Shown here: positions 1 through 9,110 of the stretch, piece after piece
How the letters are laid out: each line of letters opens with the position of its first letter
How positions within the stretch are numbered: position 1 is the stretch's first letter
NCBI GenBank assembly: GCA_963841135.1
Contig: CAWJBJ010000004.1
Span: 1,517,607 to 1,581,606, forward strand
Direction of reading: 5' to 3'
DNA: 64,000 nucleotides
DNA from: an uncultured Chloroflexia bacterium
GTDB lineage: Bacteria; Chloroflexota; Limnocylindria; Limnocylindrales; CSP1-4
Program-made: the position numbers and the translations under genes
The notes under the pieces: model-generated
Database searches by the model: none
What the model was told of the DNA's origin: nothing
What the model saw: only the letters and a program-made list of their open reading frames with translations

Positions 1-482
1 CGAGCTCCACGAGGGCGGCCGAGGTGTCCGCCTTGTAGGTGGCGATGTCGAGGACGTCATCGAGCGGCTGCAGCGCACCCGCCCGGGCGAAGTCGGCCAT
101 CTGGCCCGGTCCCGGCAGGCCGGCCAGGTCGGGCAGGATGCCCGACGCGACGCCGGTCGTGAGGACCGCGTTGATGTCGCGTGTGCCGGTGTACTTGACC
201 TTGGCGCCGGTCTGGGCCTCCCACGGCGCGACCATCGCCAGGAACGAGTCCTGCTCGGCGCCGGTCCAGGTCCCGATGACCGAGACCTCGCCACCGATCT
301 GGCCCCCGGGGCCGGTCGATGCCTCGCCGCTGCCGGCTGGCGTGCTGGCTGCTGGGGCGCTCGCCCCCGCCGAGCCCGCCGGGCTGCTCGTCGCAGCTCC
401 CGACGAGCAGGCCACGGCCACCATCGTGGCTGCGGCCAGCAAACCGGCGAATCTCGGTTCGCCGGAATGTCCGCTCCTCCAT
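1..482 (-). CDS. ABC-transporter extracellular solute-binding lipoprotein (sugar type), N-terminal part; gene runs off the left window edge
   Basis: Reverse strand ATG at 482-480 with AAAGGAG 7 nt upstream. The open frame to the edge reads ...LLAAATMVAVACSSGAATSS...GGEVSVIGTWTGAEQDSFLAMVAPWEAQTGAKVKYTGTRDINAVLTTGVASGILPDLAGLPGPGQMADF... (lipobox-like VAC, SBP family-1-like core). The ATG frame and the signal-peptide frame differ by 1 nt around 440-455 (apparent frameshift). Absent from the ORF track because it is open-ended. Confidence 0.7.
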
Positions 483-553
483 GTCGTTTCTCCTTTCCCG
501 GATCATCGGCCCGGTCGTCCGAGCCGTTCCCTGGGTCACAGTCGTCGGCGGGG

Positions 554-1607
554 TCAGGCCGCGCCGGTCGCTGACGCCTTCGACGACGGAGCCGTCGAGG
601 CACGCACGATGAGCTCGGTCGGTAGCAGCGTCCGGGTCGGGACCGCCCGATCGGCGATCCGGTCCAGGAGCGCTCGTCCGGCGGCTTGCCCGAGCTCGAA
701 GGCCGGCAGCCGGACGGTGGTGAGGGGAGGGTCGAAGTAGGCGGCGAGCGGGATGTCGTCGAAGCCGACGACCGAGATGTCTCCGGGGACCCGCAGGCCG
801 GCCTCGCGCAGGGCCCCGATGGCCCCGAGGGCGACGACGTCGCTGGCGACGAAGACCGCATCGAAGGTGGTCCGGGCGAGCAGGGCGGCCATGGCGGCGT
901 GGCCGCTGGCCGCATCGAAGGCGGCCTCGGCCGATCAGCTCGTCGGCGGTCGGCGATGCCCGCCGCGCGCAGCGCATCGCGGTAGCCGGTCGAGCCGCTC
1001 CTGGGCGGCGGTGTAGACCAGCGGCGCATTCGTGATGCACGCGATCCGGCGGTGGCCGAGGGAGATGAGGTGCTCGACGGCGCCTCGGGCCCCGGCGACG
1101 TTGTCGACGTCGATGCTGGTGACGTCGACATCGGGCAGCGCGCCCTGGAGGACGATGGGGAAACCGTCGCGGACGAGCTCGAGCAGATCGGGATCGTCGA
1201 CGCGCGGCCCGGAGATCACGAGGCCGTCGGCGTGCTGGGCGCGGAGGAGCGCGGCGTAGGTCGCGTTCGGGCCGTCGGGCGCGAGCGGCTCGACCATGAC
1301 CCGGAAGCCGCCCGATCGGGCCGCCGACGCCAGTCCGCGCAGGGTCTCGGCCAGGACCGCGTCGCTGGCGATCTGCTCGGGCGACTGGCGCAGGACCAGG
1401 GCGATGACGTGGCTGCGGCCGCCGGCGAGCTGGCGGGCCGGGCGCATGGGCGTGGTAGCCGAGCTCGCTCGGCCGCGTCGAGGACCCGCCGGCGGGTCTC
1501 CTCGGGGATCTTGACGTCGGCACGATCGTTGAGGACGAAGGACACGGTCGTGCGCGATACGCCGGCCACGGTCGGCCACGTCCGCGCTGGTCGGTCCGTT
1601 TCGTCAT
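554..1607 (-). pseudogene. LacI-family transcriptional regulator, multiply frameshifted in this sequence
   Basis: The HTH (VSRTTVSFVLNDRADVKIPEETRRRVLDAAE) and sugar-binding core (GRSHVIALVLRQS, VDNVAGARGAVEHLISLGHRRIACI, DISVVGFDDIPLAAYFDPPLTTVRLP) are recognisable. They are spread over all three reverse frames (ORFs 554-892, 935-1579, 1216-1569, and the start of 57-1607). At least 5 frame changes, near 1575, 1465, 1440, 985 and 930. Confidence 0.8.
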
Positions 1608-1778
1608 GTCGACCGCCGAGCCTCCTCCTTGACGCAGCGCCCGCGACTGTGGTCGACTAACGCGCGTCAGTAACGCGTATCAATGACGTGTTGCGGCGTC
1701 ATTGTCAAGCCCGACTCGATACCATCGCGACGCCCGTGGCCGCATCGGCGTGGCGGATGCGACTGGAGGAGACTCCCG

Positions 1779-3510
1779 GTGACGGCCGAGCCAGTCCGGT
1801 CGAAGCGCGGACGCGAACCGACCGCGGGCCAGCCGGATCGCTCGGCACGCGACCCGTTCCGGTACGGCGACGACTGGTGGCGGCGCGGCGTCGTCTACCA
1901 GATCTACCCACGCAGCTTCGCGGACAGCGACGGCGACGGCGTCGGCGACCTGCCCGGGATCATCGACCACCTCGACCACCTCGGCCCCGATGGCCTCGGC
2001 GTCGATGCGATCTGGCTGTCGCCGATCTATCCGTCGCCCGGTCTCGACGTCGGCTACGACGTCAGCGACCACAGCGCCATCGATCCGCGCTTCGGGACCG
2101 AGGCCGACTTCGACCGCCTGGTCGACGAGGCCCACCGGCGCGGCATCCGCGTCGATCCTCGACCTGGTGATGAACCACACGAGCGACGAGCACCCCTGGT
2201 TCACCGCCTCGCGGCGATCGACGCGACGGGCTCGAAGGCCGACTGGTATCTCTGGCGCGACGCCGCGGGCCTGGATCCGGCACGGCCGGCCGCTGCCGCC
2301 GAACAACTGGGTCTCGTGGTTCGGTGGCCCGGCCTGGACGTGGGAGCCGCGCCGCGGCCAGTTCTACCACCACACCTTCCTCGCCGAGCAGCCGGAGCTC
2401 GACTGGCGCGCGCCCGGCGGTCGAGGCCGCCCAGTTCGACATGGTCCGGGGCTGGCTGGCGCGCGGCGTCGACGGCTTCCGGCTCGACACCTTCAACGTC
2501 TTCCTCAAGCATCCCGAGATGCCGCTCCAACCCGCCGCGTCGCGGGACGTCCGCCTGGACGCGCCAGGTCCATCGGCTACGACATCGACCAGCCGGACCT
2601 GCCGGACCTGATCGGCCGGTTCCGGGCCATCGTCGACGAGCGACCCGGCCGGATGAGCGTCGGCGAGCTGTTCGTCGGGCACCACCGAAGGGGCGGCAGC
2701 GCTGACCGTCGACCGCCACCTCGTCTTCGACTGGGAGCTCCTGACCCGTCCCTGGTCGGCCGACGCGTTCCGCGCCGCGATCCGTCGTCGCGAGCGGGCC
2801 TTCGGTCCGGACCGGTGGCCGACGGCCGTGCTGTCGAACCACGACCAGCCGCGCCATGCCTCGCGGCTCGCCGCTCGGTCGGTCCGACCGAGCCGCGCGA
2901 TCGCGATCGCGAAGGCCGCGGCGACCCTGCTCGCTGACGGTGCGCGGGACGCCGTTCCTGTACTACGGCGAGGAGATCGGCGCTGGGCGACGTCACGGTC
3001 CCGCTCGAGGAGAGCGTCGACCCGCCGGCCGCCCGGGTCGGGCCCGACTTCACGTGGTGGGACCGCTCACAGGCGCGGACGCCGATGCCATGGACCGGCG
3101 GACCGGGAGCTGGCTTCACGACCGGCCGGCCCTGGCTTCGGCTGGCGCCCGACGCGCCGACGCGCAACGTCGCGTCACAGCCGCGGACCCCGACTCGGTC
3201 CTGGCGTGCTATCGCCGTCTGCTCGAGGCCCGGCGCGCGCTGCCGTCGGTGCAGGACGGGGCGCTCGAGGTCGTGTCGGCGAAGGAGCCGTCGGTCCTTG
3301 CCTATCGCCGGAGGGGGTCCGGGCCGGAGGTCCTCGTGCTGATCGCGTTCGGCGCCGGAGCCGGCCGACTGTCGCGTGCCGCAGGCCCCGGCCGGAGGGA
3401 CGTGGCGGCCCGTGGCCGGCACGCATCTCGACCTGCCCGAAGGGCTCCGCTCCGGCGCGACCATCCAGCTCCGCCCGTTCGAGGGGATCGTCGCCTCCGC
3501 CGATCGATGA
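1779..3510 (+). pseudogene. GH13 alpha-glucosidase / oligo-1,6-glucosidase-like, multiply frameshifted
   Basis: GH13 signatures: WWRRGVVYQIYPRSFADSDGDGVGDLPGI, DAIWLSPIYPSP, ILDLVMNHTSDEHPWF, GVDGFRLDTFNV, SNHDQPRH, GTPFLYYGEEIG, MPWTGGPGAGFTTGRPWL. They alternate among the three forward frames (ORFs 1683-2705, 1990-2937, 2324-2611, 2828-, 2856-3641, 3085-3342), giving at least 6 frame changes. GTG 1779 is preceded by GGAGGA; stop TGA at 3508-3510. Confidence 0.85.
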
Positions 3511-3622
3511 TCCCGGGCGCGGCCCGAGCGTGTCATCCCTCGGGATTCGCGGGTTCTCACCCTGTGGCGAGGCGGGGTCGCCCTGCTACCATGACGGCCG
3601 ACCGATCAGCCTGGAGACACAC

Positions 3623-4387
3623 GTGCCCCTCGAATTCCTGAAGCGGCGTGGCAACGCCGAGGCGGCGTCGACGCCCGTCGTTTCCACGCCGACGAGCCAC
3701 TCGGGTCTGACGATGCCCGAGGAGGTCGTCGCCCAGGATCATCAGCTCAAGCTCTACTACGCGGGCAAGAGCAGCGAGGGTGTCCGGATGAAGTCCGGGC
3801 CCAAGGCACTTGCCGAGCTGCCCGGGATGCTGGCCGGTCTCGCGCAGCTCGGAGATCGAGGTCGTCGCGCCGCTCGCCGATCGAGTTCAGCCAGGCGACC
3901 CCGACGATCGTCGCGCCCGTCCGAGGCGATGCAGTGGCTCAACGCCCACCACGTCCACTCGCCGATCACGCGCCACGCGCTCGTCGTCCTCGAGTCCATC
4001 GACGCCGTCGACCTCGCGTTCGACACCTTCGCCTGCGCGTTGCTCGACGGGGAGATCGACACCGCTGGCTATCCCGAGTACAACGCGATCATCGGTGGCG
4101 TCGCCTCCCACTGGGACGAGGCGACCGGCGACATGATCTGCCGCGCGGTCGTCGGCTGGGGCGGACGCGGCGTCCGCGGCGACACCGATCGGATCGGCGC
4201 CAAGCTTCTGTCCGGCATCCTGACCAACATCCTCGCGAGCCAGTACGCCCAGGGCATGACCCAGATCGAGCGACCCGTGCCGGCGGCAGGGCGGGGCGGA
4301 CTCGTCTGCGCGCACTGCGGGTTCGCCTCCGCCCACGAGCGGGCGTTCTACTGCCCGAAATGCGGCATGCGCCTCCTCCGCGGCTGA
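3623..4387 (+). CDS. hypothetical protein with C-terminal zinc ribbon (CAHCG...CPKCG)
   Basis: Tail of ORF 2828-4387. GTG 3623 lies 6 nt after GGAG. The C-terminus reads LVCAHCGFASAHERAFYCPKCGMRLLRG. The stretch 3850-3925 has poor third-position GC in this frame and better in the alternative frame (EIEVVAPLAD...), so a compensating frameshift pair is possible. Confidence 0.55.
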   Translation: MPLEFLKRRGNAEAASTPVVSTPTSHSGLTMPEEVVAQDHQLKLYYAGKSSEGVRMKSGPKALAELPGMLAGLAQLGDRGRRAARRSSSARRPRRSSRPSEAMQWLNAHHVHSPITRHALVVLESIDAVDLAFDTFACALLDGEIDTAGYPEYNAIIGGVASHWDEATGDMICRAVVGWGGRGVRGDTDRIGAKLLSGILTNILASQYAQGMTQIERPVPAAGRGGLVCAHCGFASAHERAFYCPKCGMRLLRG

Positions 4388-4408
4388 CGCCGCCCGGACG
4401 ATCGCCAG

Positions 4409-4771
4409 ATGCCCATCTACGACTACGAGTGCGCGAACTGCCGGCGCCGATTCGAGGTGGTCCACGGCGTCCACGTCCCGGGTCCGACGTCGTGCCCACT
4501 GTGCGGCGGCGGACCGGTTCGCAAGGCGATCTCGGCCCCGGCCGTCCACTTCAAGGGCTCCGGCTGGGCGAAGAAGGAGCGCCGGCGCCGCCGCGCCGGC
4601 CTCGAAGAAGGACGTCCGACCGACACCGGCAAGGGCTCGGAGGAGGGCGCGGCCGCGACCGCGCCGGCCAAGGCCGACGGCCGCGGAGGCGAGCGACACG
4701 TCGGGCTCCGGCAGTGGCGTCCGTCGGCCGGCGCCACAGCGGCGGCGACTGACGATGGCCGCGCCTGCTGA
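4409..4771 (+). CDS. FmdB-family putative regulatory zinc-ribbon protein
   Basis: N-terminus MPIYDYECANCRRRFEVVHGVHVPGPTSCPLCGGGPVRKAISAPAVHFKGSGW matches the CxxC...CxxC FmdB/TIGR02605-type pattern as I remember it. The low-complexity tail makes the 3' end uncertain. Confidence 0.75.
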   Translation: MPIYDYECANCRRRFEVVHGVHVPGPTSCPLCGGGPVRKAISAPAVHFKGSGWAKKERRRRRAGLEEGRPTDTGKGSEEGAAATAPAKADGRGGERHVGLRQWRPSAGATAAATDDGRAC

Positions 4772-4994
4772 CTGGATCACGCTGGCCGAGGCGGCTGAGA
4801 TCCTGGCCGCAGCCAACATCCATTTCACCCCGGCCACGATCGGCGGCTGGGCACGGGCCGGGCGCCTCCAGAGCATCAAGCTCGGCGGCCGCCGGTTCGT
4901 CCGGCGGGGCGAGGTGCGCGCCCTGATCGCGGCGCCCCGGCGCGTTCGGGCGAACGACATCCAGCCCGCCCTGTTCGAGGACCTGGGGAGCTGA
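4755..4994 (+). CDS. small helix-turn-helix DNA-binding protein (excisionase/MerR-like HTH)
   Basis: 79 aa: WITLAEAAEILAAANIHFTPATIGGWARAGRLQSIKLGGRRFVRRGEVRALI is a typical excisionase-family HTH. No integrase nearby. Confidence 0.65.
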   Translation: MAAPADWITLAEAAEILAAANIHFTPATIGGWARAGRLQSIKLGGRRFVRRGEVRALIAAPRRVRANDIQPALFEDLGS

Positions 4995-5050
4995 TCCCGC
5001 GGCGCCTGGATCCAAGCGCGATCCTGGAGCGTTTTCTCGAGCGGCCGCGC

Positions 5051-5996
5051 GTGGCCTTCGTCCGCGCCGTCCTGGACGCCTACGGTCGCGCGGCGGGCGG
5101 GCTGCTCGCCAACGGGCTTGCCTTTGCGGCCTTGTTCGCCACGATCCCGGTGGCCCTCGTGACCCTGGGGCTCGCCGGCTGGCTGGTCGACGACCCAGCG
5201 TGTCCAGGAGGAACTGGCCGAGGGCCTCTCGTCCGTCTTCCCGCCCTTGAAGGAGCTGATCGAGGTCACGCTCCTCGACCTGGTCAACGGCGCGGCGCTG
5301 ACGTCGGTGATCGGCCTGGTCGGCCTCATCTGGACCGTGAGCCAGTTCTACGTGACGCTCGACGTCGCGTTCGCCCGGATCTTCGCGGACGAGCCCGAGC
5401 GGGACCTGTTCCGCAGGACGGCGCGCGGATTCCTCTGGGTGGCGTTGCTGATCACGAGCGTGCTGGTCCTGATCGCACTGGTGGGGCTGGCCAGCGCCGC
5501 CGACGCCTTCCTGCCGGTCTCGATGCCATACGGCCGAGCGCTCGCGACGATCCTGACGTCGGTGCCGGTCGTGCTGCTCATCGCGATCGTCGTGGTGACG
5601 CTGATGTATCGGACCGTGCCGCCGCGCGCCCCGCGCTGGTCGGCCATCGCACCACCATCGGTCATCGTCGCGATCGTCGTCGTGGCGCTCAGCCAGGCGT
5701 TCGTCTTCCTGGCGCCGCGACTCGTCGGAGCGGCGGCGCTGGCGGGTTCGGTGGCGACCGCCTTCATCGCCCTGGCCTGGCTGTCATTCACGTTCCAGGC
5801 GCTGCTGTACGGCGCGGCGTGGGTCAGGGTCCGGGAGGAGGCCGCCGTGGCGGCGGAGATGCGCGATGCCACAGAAGCGGCGACCGCGGCGGCGTTACGC
5901 GAGCCCCCTGCGGCCGGGGCCGCGGATCCAGGGACTGGGTCAGGCGACCTGAGCCGTCCCGCACCGCCGGCAGAACCGGGCGGTCGCGGAGAGTGA
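5051..5996 (+). pseudogene. YihY/BrkB-family membrane protein, one apparent frameshift
   Basis: ORF 5051- (GLLANGLAFAALFATIPVALVTLGL) continues in ORF 5247-5996 (LIWTVSQFYVTLDVAFARIF..., multiple TM segments). The frame change is near 5190-5200. The true start may be upstream of GTG 5051. Confidence 0.8.
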
Positions 5997-7715
5997 CAGG
6001 CCGCAGCTGACGCACGGCTGGACGCCGCCGGTCGGCTTCTCGGCGCCGGCCCGTGGCGCGCTGACCGCGAGATCCGAGGCGGCCCACAGGGCCTCGACCC
6101 CGCCTGTCGGCGTGGCGTGGCGGCCGAGGAACGGCAGGCCCGTCGACGGAGCGACACTCGGCCATGCCGGCTGGGCTGGCCAGGTCGGTTCCGCTGCAGG
6201 GTCGGTCGGGACGGCCGGCGGCGCGACCGGCGTGATCGCGTGGTCCGAGATCGAGACTCCGTCGCTCGGCGGCTCGCTCGGCGCGACGATCGACCAAGCC
6301 GGCTGCTCCACGACATCGACGGCGGCGGCCGCGGCGATCTCGAACGGCTCGGAAGCGGGTTCGATGACCGGCTCGACGACGATCGGCTCGACGGCGACGG
6401 CCTCGACGAACTCGGGCTCGGGTGCTGTCGGCAGGGCGTAGAGCGGCTCCGGGGCGACGAGCTCGTCCAGCGGCTCGGGCTGCCACGGCTCGTCGGGCGC
6501 GGCCTCGGCCTCGGCCGCGACTGGCTCGCCGGTCGGGATCTCGTCGAGCGGCTCGACGGCCGAAGGGGGAGCGTCGGGCACAGCCTCGGCCACGATCGGG
6601 GCGGCGGGGGCGGCATCGGCATCCCAGCCCGGGTCGGTCGACTCCACGAGCCGGACGAGGTCCTCGGGGGCCGTCATCGCGACCTCGACGGGCTCGGCCG
6701 CCACCGGGGTCTCCGTCTCGACCGGGGTCTCCGCCTCGACCGGGGTCGCCGCCTCGACCGGGGTCTCGATCTCGATCGTGGCCTCGACCGGCTGCTGGTC
6801 GACCTGATCCAGCTCGGCGGCGATCCCCGGCTGCGATTCGAACGCGGCAATGGCCTCGTCGAGGCTCTGGCCGGGTTGCAGCCCGGCGAGCAGGATGTCG
6901 GTCGGCGCGACCGCGGCGACCGCGTCGCTCGCTGAATCGGGCTCGGACGCTGTGGCCGCGACCTCGTGGTCGGGCCGATCCGCGATCTCGGCGGTCGCGG
7001 CGTCCGGCGCGGGCGCGGGTGCGTCGTCGGGCGCGAAGGTCGTGGCCTCGGCGACGACTGCCGGCTCGGGCGCGGCAACGGTCGAAGCGACCTCAGCGCC
7101 GATGCGGTCGTCGTCAGGCTGCTCGATGACGGTCAGCCAGTGTTCAGTCTCGGCTCCGGTGGCCTCGGCGGCCTCGGCCCGCGCCTCGACCTCGCTCGTG
7201 CCGATCATCTCCGAGCTCGGCTGCGCCGGCGCGGGATCGAGCGCAAGGGAGTCCAGGCGGGCGAGCGCGTCGAAGCCCGGCTGGACATCGGATCCGTTGC
7301 CGTGGCCGTTCATCGCGGCTGCGGCGAACCCGTCGCCGGGAGCCTCGATGCCCGCCGACGGGTCGAGGTGGGGGAACGGCGCGGCCAGGATGCCGCGACC
7401 GAGGAGCGGCGCGCAGGTCAAGCACTGACCCTCGCCATCGTTCCAGCAGTTCGGGCAGATGTACTGCCGGCAGTTCATGCAGAAGTTGAAGGTCTGGTGG
7501 AACGCCTCGAGCTGGTGGGACGTCAGCGCGCGGTCCGTGTCGTCGCGGGCGGCCGCCATCGCCTCGTCGATCGACGTCTTGTCATCGAGAACGAAGTTCT
7601 TGAGGCCCTTCGACAGGACCTTGACGCCGCGCAGGCGGGCGCGCGGGACCTCCGACTCGAAGGTGTAGCGCGAGCCGCATCGCTCGCAGAAGGATTCGGT
7701 CAGGATCTCGGCCAT
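5940..7715 (-). CDS. hypothetical protein: N-terminal multi-Cys zinc-finger domain, long acidic Pro/Glu/Ala-rich repeat region, C-terminal zinc ribbon
   Basis: Internal ATG (7715-7713) of ORF 5940-8177. N-terminus: MAEILTESFCERCGSRYTF...FNFCMNCRQYICPNCWNDGEGQCLTCAP. Middle: about 400 aa of acidic low complexity with ETPVEA repeats. C-terminus: VQPCVSCGLSLSATARFCRRCGTAQVA. Divergent from fhaA. Confidence 0.7.
   Translation of the reverse strand: MAEILTESFCERCGSRYTFESEVPRARLRGVKVLSKGLKNFVLDDKTSIDEAMAAARDDTDRALTSHQLEAFHQTFNFCMNCRQYICPNCWNDGEGQCLTCAPLLGRGILAAPFPHLDPSAGIEAPGDGFAAAAMNGHGNGSDVQPGFDALARLDSLALDPAPAQPSSEMIGTSEVEARAEAAEATGAETEHWLTVIEQPDDDRIGAEVASTVAAPEPAVVAEATTFAPDDAPAPAPDAATAEIADRPDHEVAATASEPDSASDAVAAVAPTDILLAGLQPGQSLDEAIAAFESQPGIAAELDQVDQQPVEATIEIETPVEAATPVEAETPVETETPVAAEPVEVAMTAPEDLVRLVESTDPGWDADAAPAAPIVAEAVPDAPPSAVEPLDEIPTGEPVAAEAEAAPDEPWQPEPLDELVAPEPLYALPTAPEPEFVEAVAVEPIVVEPVIEPASEPFEIAAAAAVDVVEQPAWSIVAPSEPPSDGVSISDHAITPVAPPAVPTDPAAEPTWPAQPAWPSVAPSTGLPFLGRHATPTGGVEALWAASDLAVSAPRAGAEKPTGGVQPCVSCGLSLSATARFCRRCGTAQVA
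6703..6774 (-). repeat. four tandem 18-nt units (accggggtctccg[t/c]ctcg and variants), in frame, coding (E/A)TPVE(A/T) repeats
   Basis: Read directly. Units at 6703-6720, 6721-6738, 6739-6756 and 6757-6774, with 1-4 substitutions between them. Confidence 0.9.
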
Positions 7716-7875
7716 CGGGTCCCCGGATGGGCGCTGGACATGCTGGAGCGGACGGACCACCCCGAACAGGGGCGAGAGTATATCCCACGGCACCGGTCGT
7801 TCCCCCGACGGCCGTACCTGATTCGACCGCGGATAGTCCGGTGTCGGAGCCGCCGCGGGGCCTTCGCGGACCCTG

Positions 7876-7884
7876 TGGTAGCGT
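7876..7884 (+). promoter_or_regulatory. candidate extended -10 element TGgTAGCGT upstream of fhaA
   Basis: TG-n-TAnnnT pattern ending 12 nt before the fhaA ATG (7897). There is no Shine-Dalgarno sequence in between, so the transcript would have a very short leader or none. Confidence 0.3.
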
Positions 7885-7896
7885 TCCCGACCGACC

Positions 7897-8673
7897 ATGC
7901 CGCCGCTCACCGCCATCGAGCGGTTCTTCGAACGATTGTTCGAGCGTCCGACCGCTCGGTTGTTCCGCACCAGACTGCAGCCTGTCCAACTCCAGCGCCG
8001 CATCGAGCGCGCCATGGAGTCGGAGCGGCTCGCCGCCTCGGACCGGACGCTCGCCCCGAACCGGTTCGTCGTGCGGCTCCATCCGGACGATCTCGCGGGG
8101 TTCGATGAGATGGAGCAGACGCTGGCCGCCGAGCTCGCCGACGCCGCGCTCGTCTTTGCACGGGCACGCAAGTACACGCTGGTCGACCGCCCGCGCGTAG
8201 ACCTCCTGGCCGACCCGAGCGTTCAGCGGACCGACATCCGCGTCGACGCCCGCTTCGCCGACCCGATCGCGGGACGGACCTCCCAGGTCACGAGCGAGGA
8301 CCGCGGCGACGAGCGCGGCTGGCGACCGGACCACTCCTCGACGATCGTCTTCACGGTGCCCGTCCCGATCGCGCCGTCGGCATGGCTGCGCGTCCACGAG
8401 CCGCACGGTGGCGTCCGCGAGGTCTCGATCGGAGCCGGGATCACGATCGGTCGTGCGACCGACAACGACCTCGTCCTGCGCGACGAGCGCGTGTCGCGCC
8501 ACCATGGGCGGATCGGCGGACGGCGCGGCACCTTGCTCTATACCGATCTAGGCAGCACGAACGGCACCGACGTGAACGGCGAGCGGGTCACCGAGGTGGT
8601 CCTGGGTCCGGGCGACCAGATCCAGATCGGCGGCTCGACCCTCGAGGTCAAGGTCGACGGGGCCGGGACCTGA
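7897..8673 (+). CDS. fhaA: FhaA-like protein (DUF3662-type N-domain plus C-terminal FHA domain)
   Basis: N-terminus MPPLTAIERFFERLFERP...NRFVVRLHPDD. C-terminal FHA: ITIGRATDNDLVLRDERVSRHHGRI...YTDLGSTNGTDVNGERV. Same gene order as the actinobacterial fhaA-fhaB-rodA-pbpA locus. Confidence 0.85.
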   Translation: MPPLTAIERFFERLFERPTARLFRTRLQPVQLQRRIERAMESERLAASDRTLAPNRFVVRLHPDDLAGFDEMEQTLAAELADAALVFARARKYTLVDRPRVDLLADPSVQRTDIRVDARFADPIAGRTSQVTSEDRGDERGWRPDHSSTIVFTVPVPIAPSAWLRVHEPHGGVREVSIGAGITIGRATDNDLVLRDERVSRHHGRIGGRRGTLLYTDLGSTNGTDVNGERVTEVVLGPGDQIQIGGSTLEVKVDGAGT

Positions 8674-9110
8674 TGGATGGCTACCTCGTCGTCCTCTGGG
8701 TCCTTCGATTCGCGTTCCTGGCGCTCCTGTACCTCTTCCTCTATCGGGTTGTCCGCGCGCTGCTCCGGGACCTCCGAGCCGCGACCCGCGAGGGCACCGG
8801 GGAGCTGGGCCGGCTGGTCGTGCTCGACTCGCCCGGAGGGGAGCCGGCCACCGGGGCGGTCTTCGCCCTCGACGCGATCACGACGATGGGTCGCGACGTC
8901 AACAACGCGATCGTGGTCGACGATCCGTTCGCGTCGGCGGAGCACGCCATCCTCACGTTCCGCGGCCGCGCCTGGTACCTCGAGGATCTTGGGAGCACCA
9001 ACGGGTCGTACGTGAACGGGCGGCCGGTCGAGGGCGTCGCCGCCCTCAGCTTCGGTGACGACCTCCAGGTTGGCCAGGTCCGGTTCCGGCTGGAGCGAGC
9101 CCGCCGATGA
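8673..9110 (+). CDS. fhaB: FhaB/FipA-like membrane-anchored FHA-domain protein
   Basis: ATG overlaps the fhaA stop (TGATG). N-terminal TM (YLVVLWVLRFAFLALLYLFLY). FHA domain: TMGRDVNNAIVVDDPFASAEHAILTFRGRAWYLEDLGSTNGSYVNGRPV. Confidence 0.8.
   Translation: MDGYLVVLWVLRFAFLALLYLFLYRVVRALLRDLRAATREGTGELGRLVVLDSPGGEPATGAVFALDAITTMGRDVNNAIVVDDPFASAEHAILTFRGRAWYLEDLGSTNGSYVNGRPVEGVAALSFGDDLQVGQVRFRLERARR

Noticed and set aside
4755-4994. Excisionase-like HTH as a marker of a prophage or integrative element
   Set aside because: No integrase, phage genes, att-like repeats or compositional shift in the flanks. Treated as a stand-alone small regulator.
6703-6774. Possible CRISPR-like array (also considered for 61188-61259)
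   Set aside because: The units are 18 nt, directly abutting with no spacers, in frame, and encode peptide repeats inside long ORFs. They are coding tandem repeats, not CRISPR.
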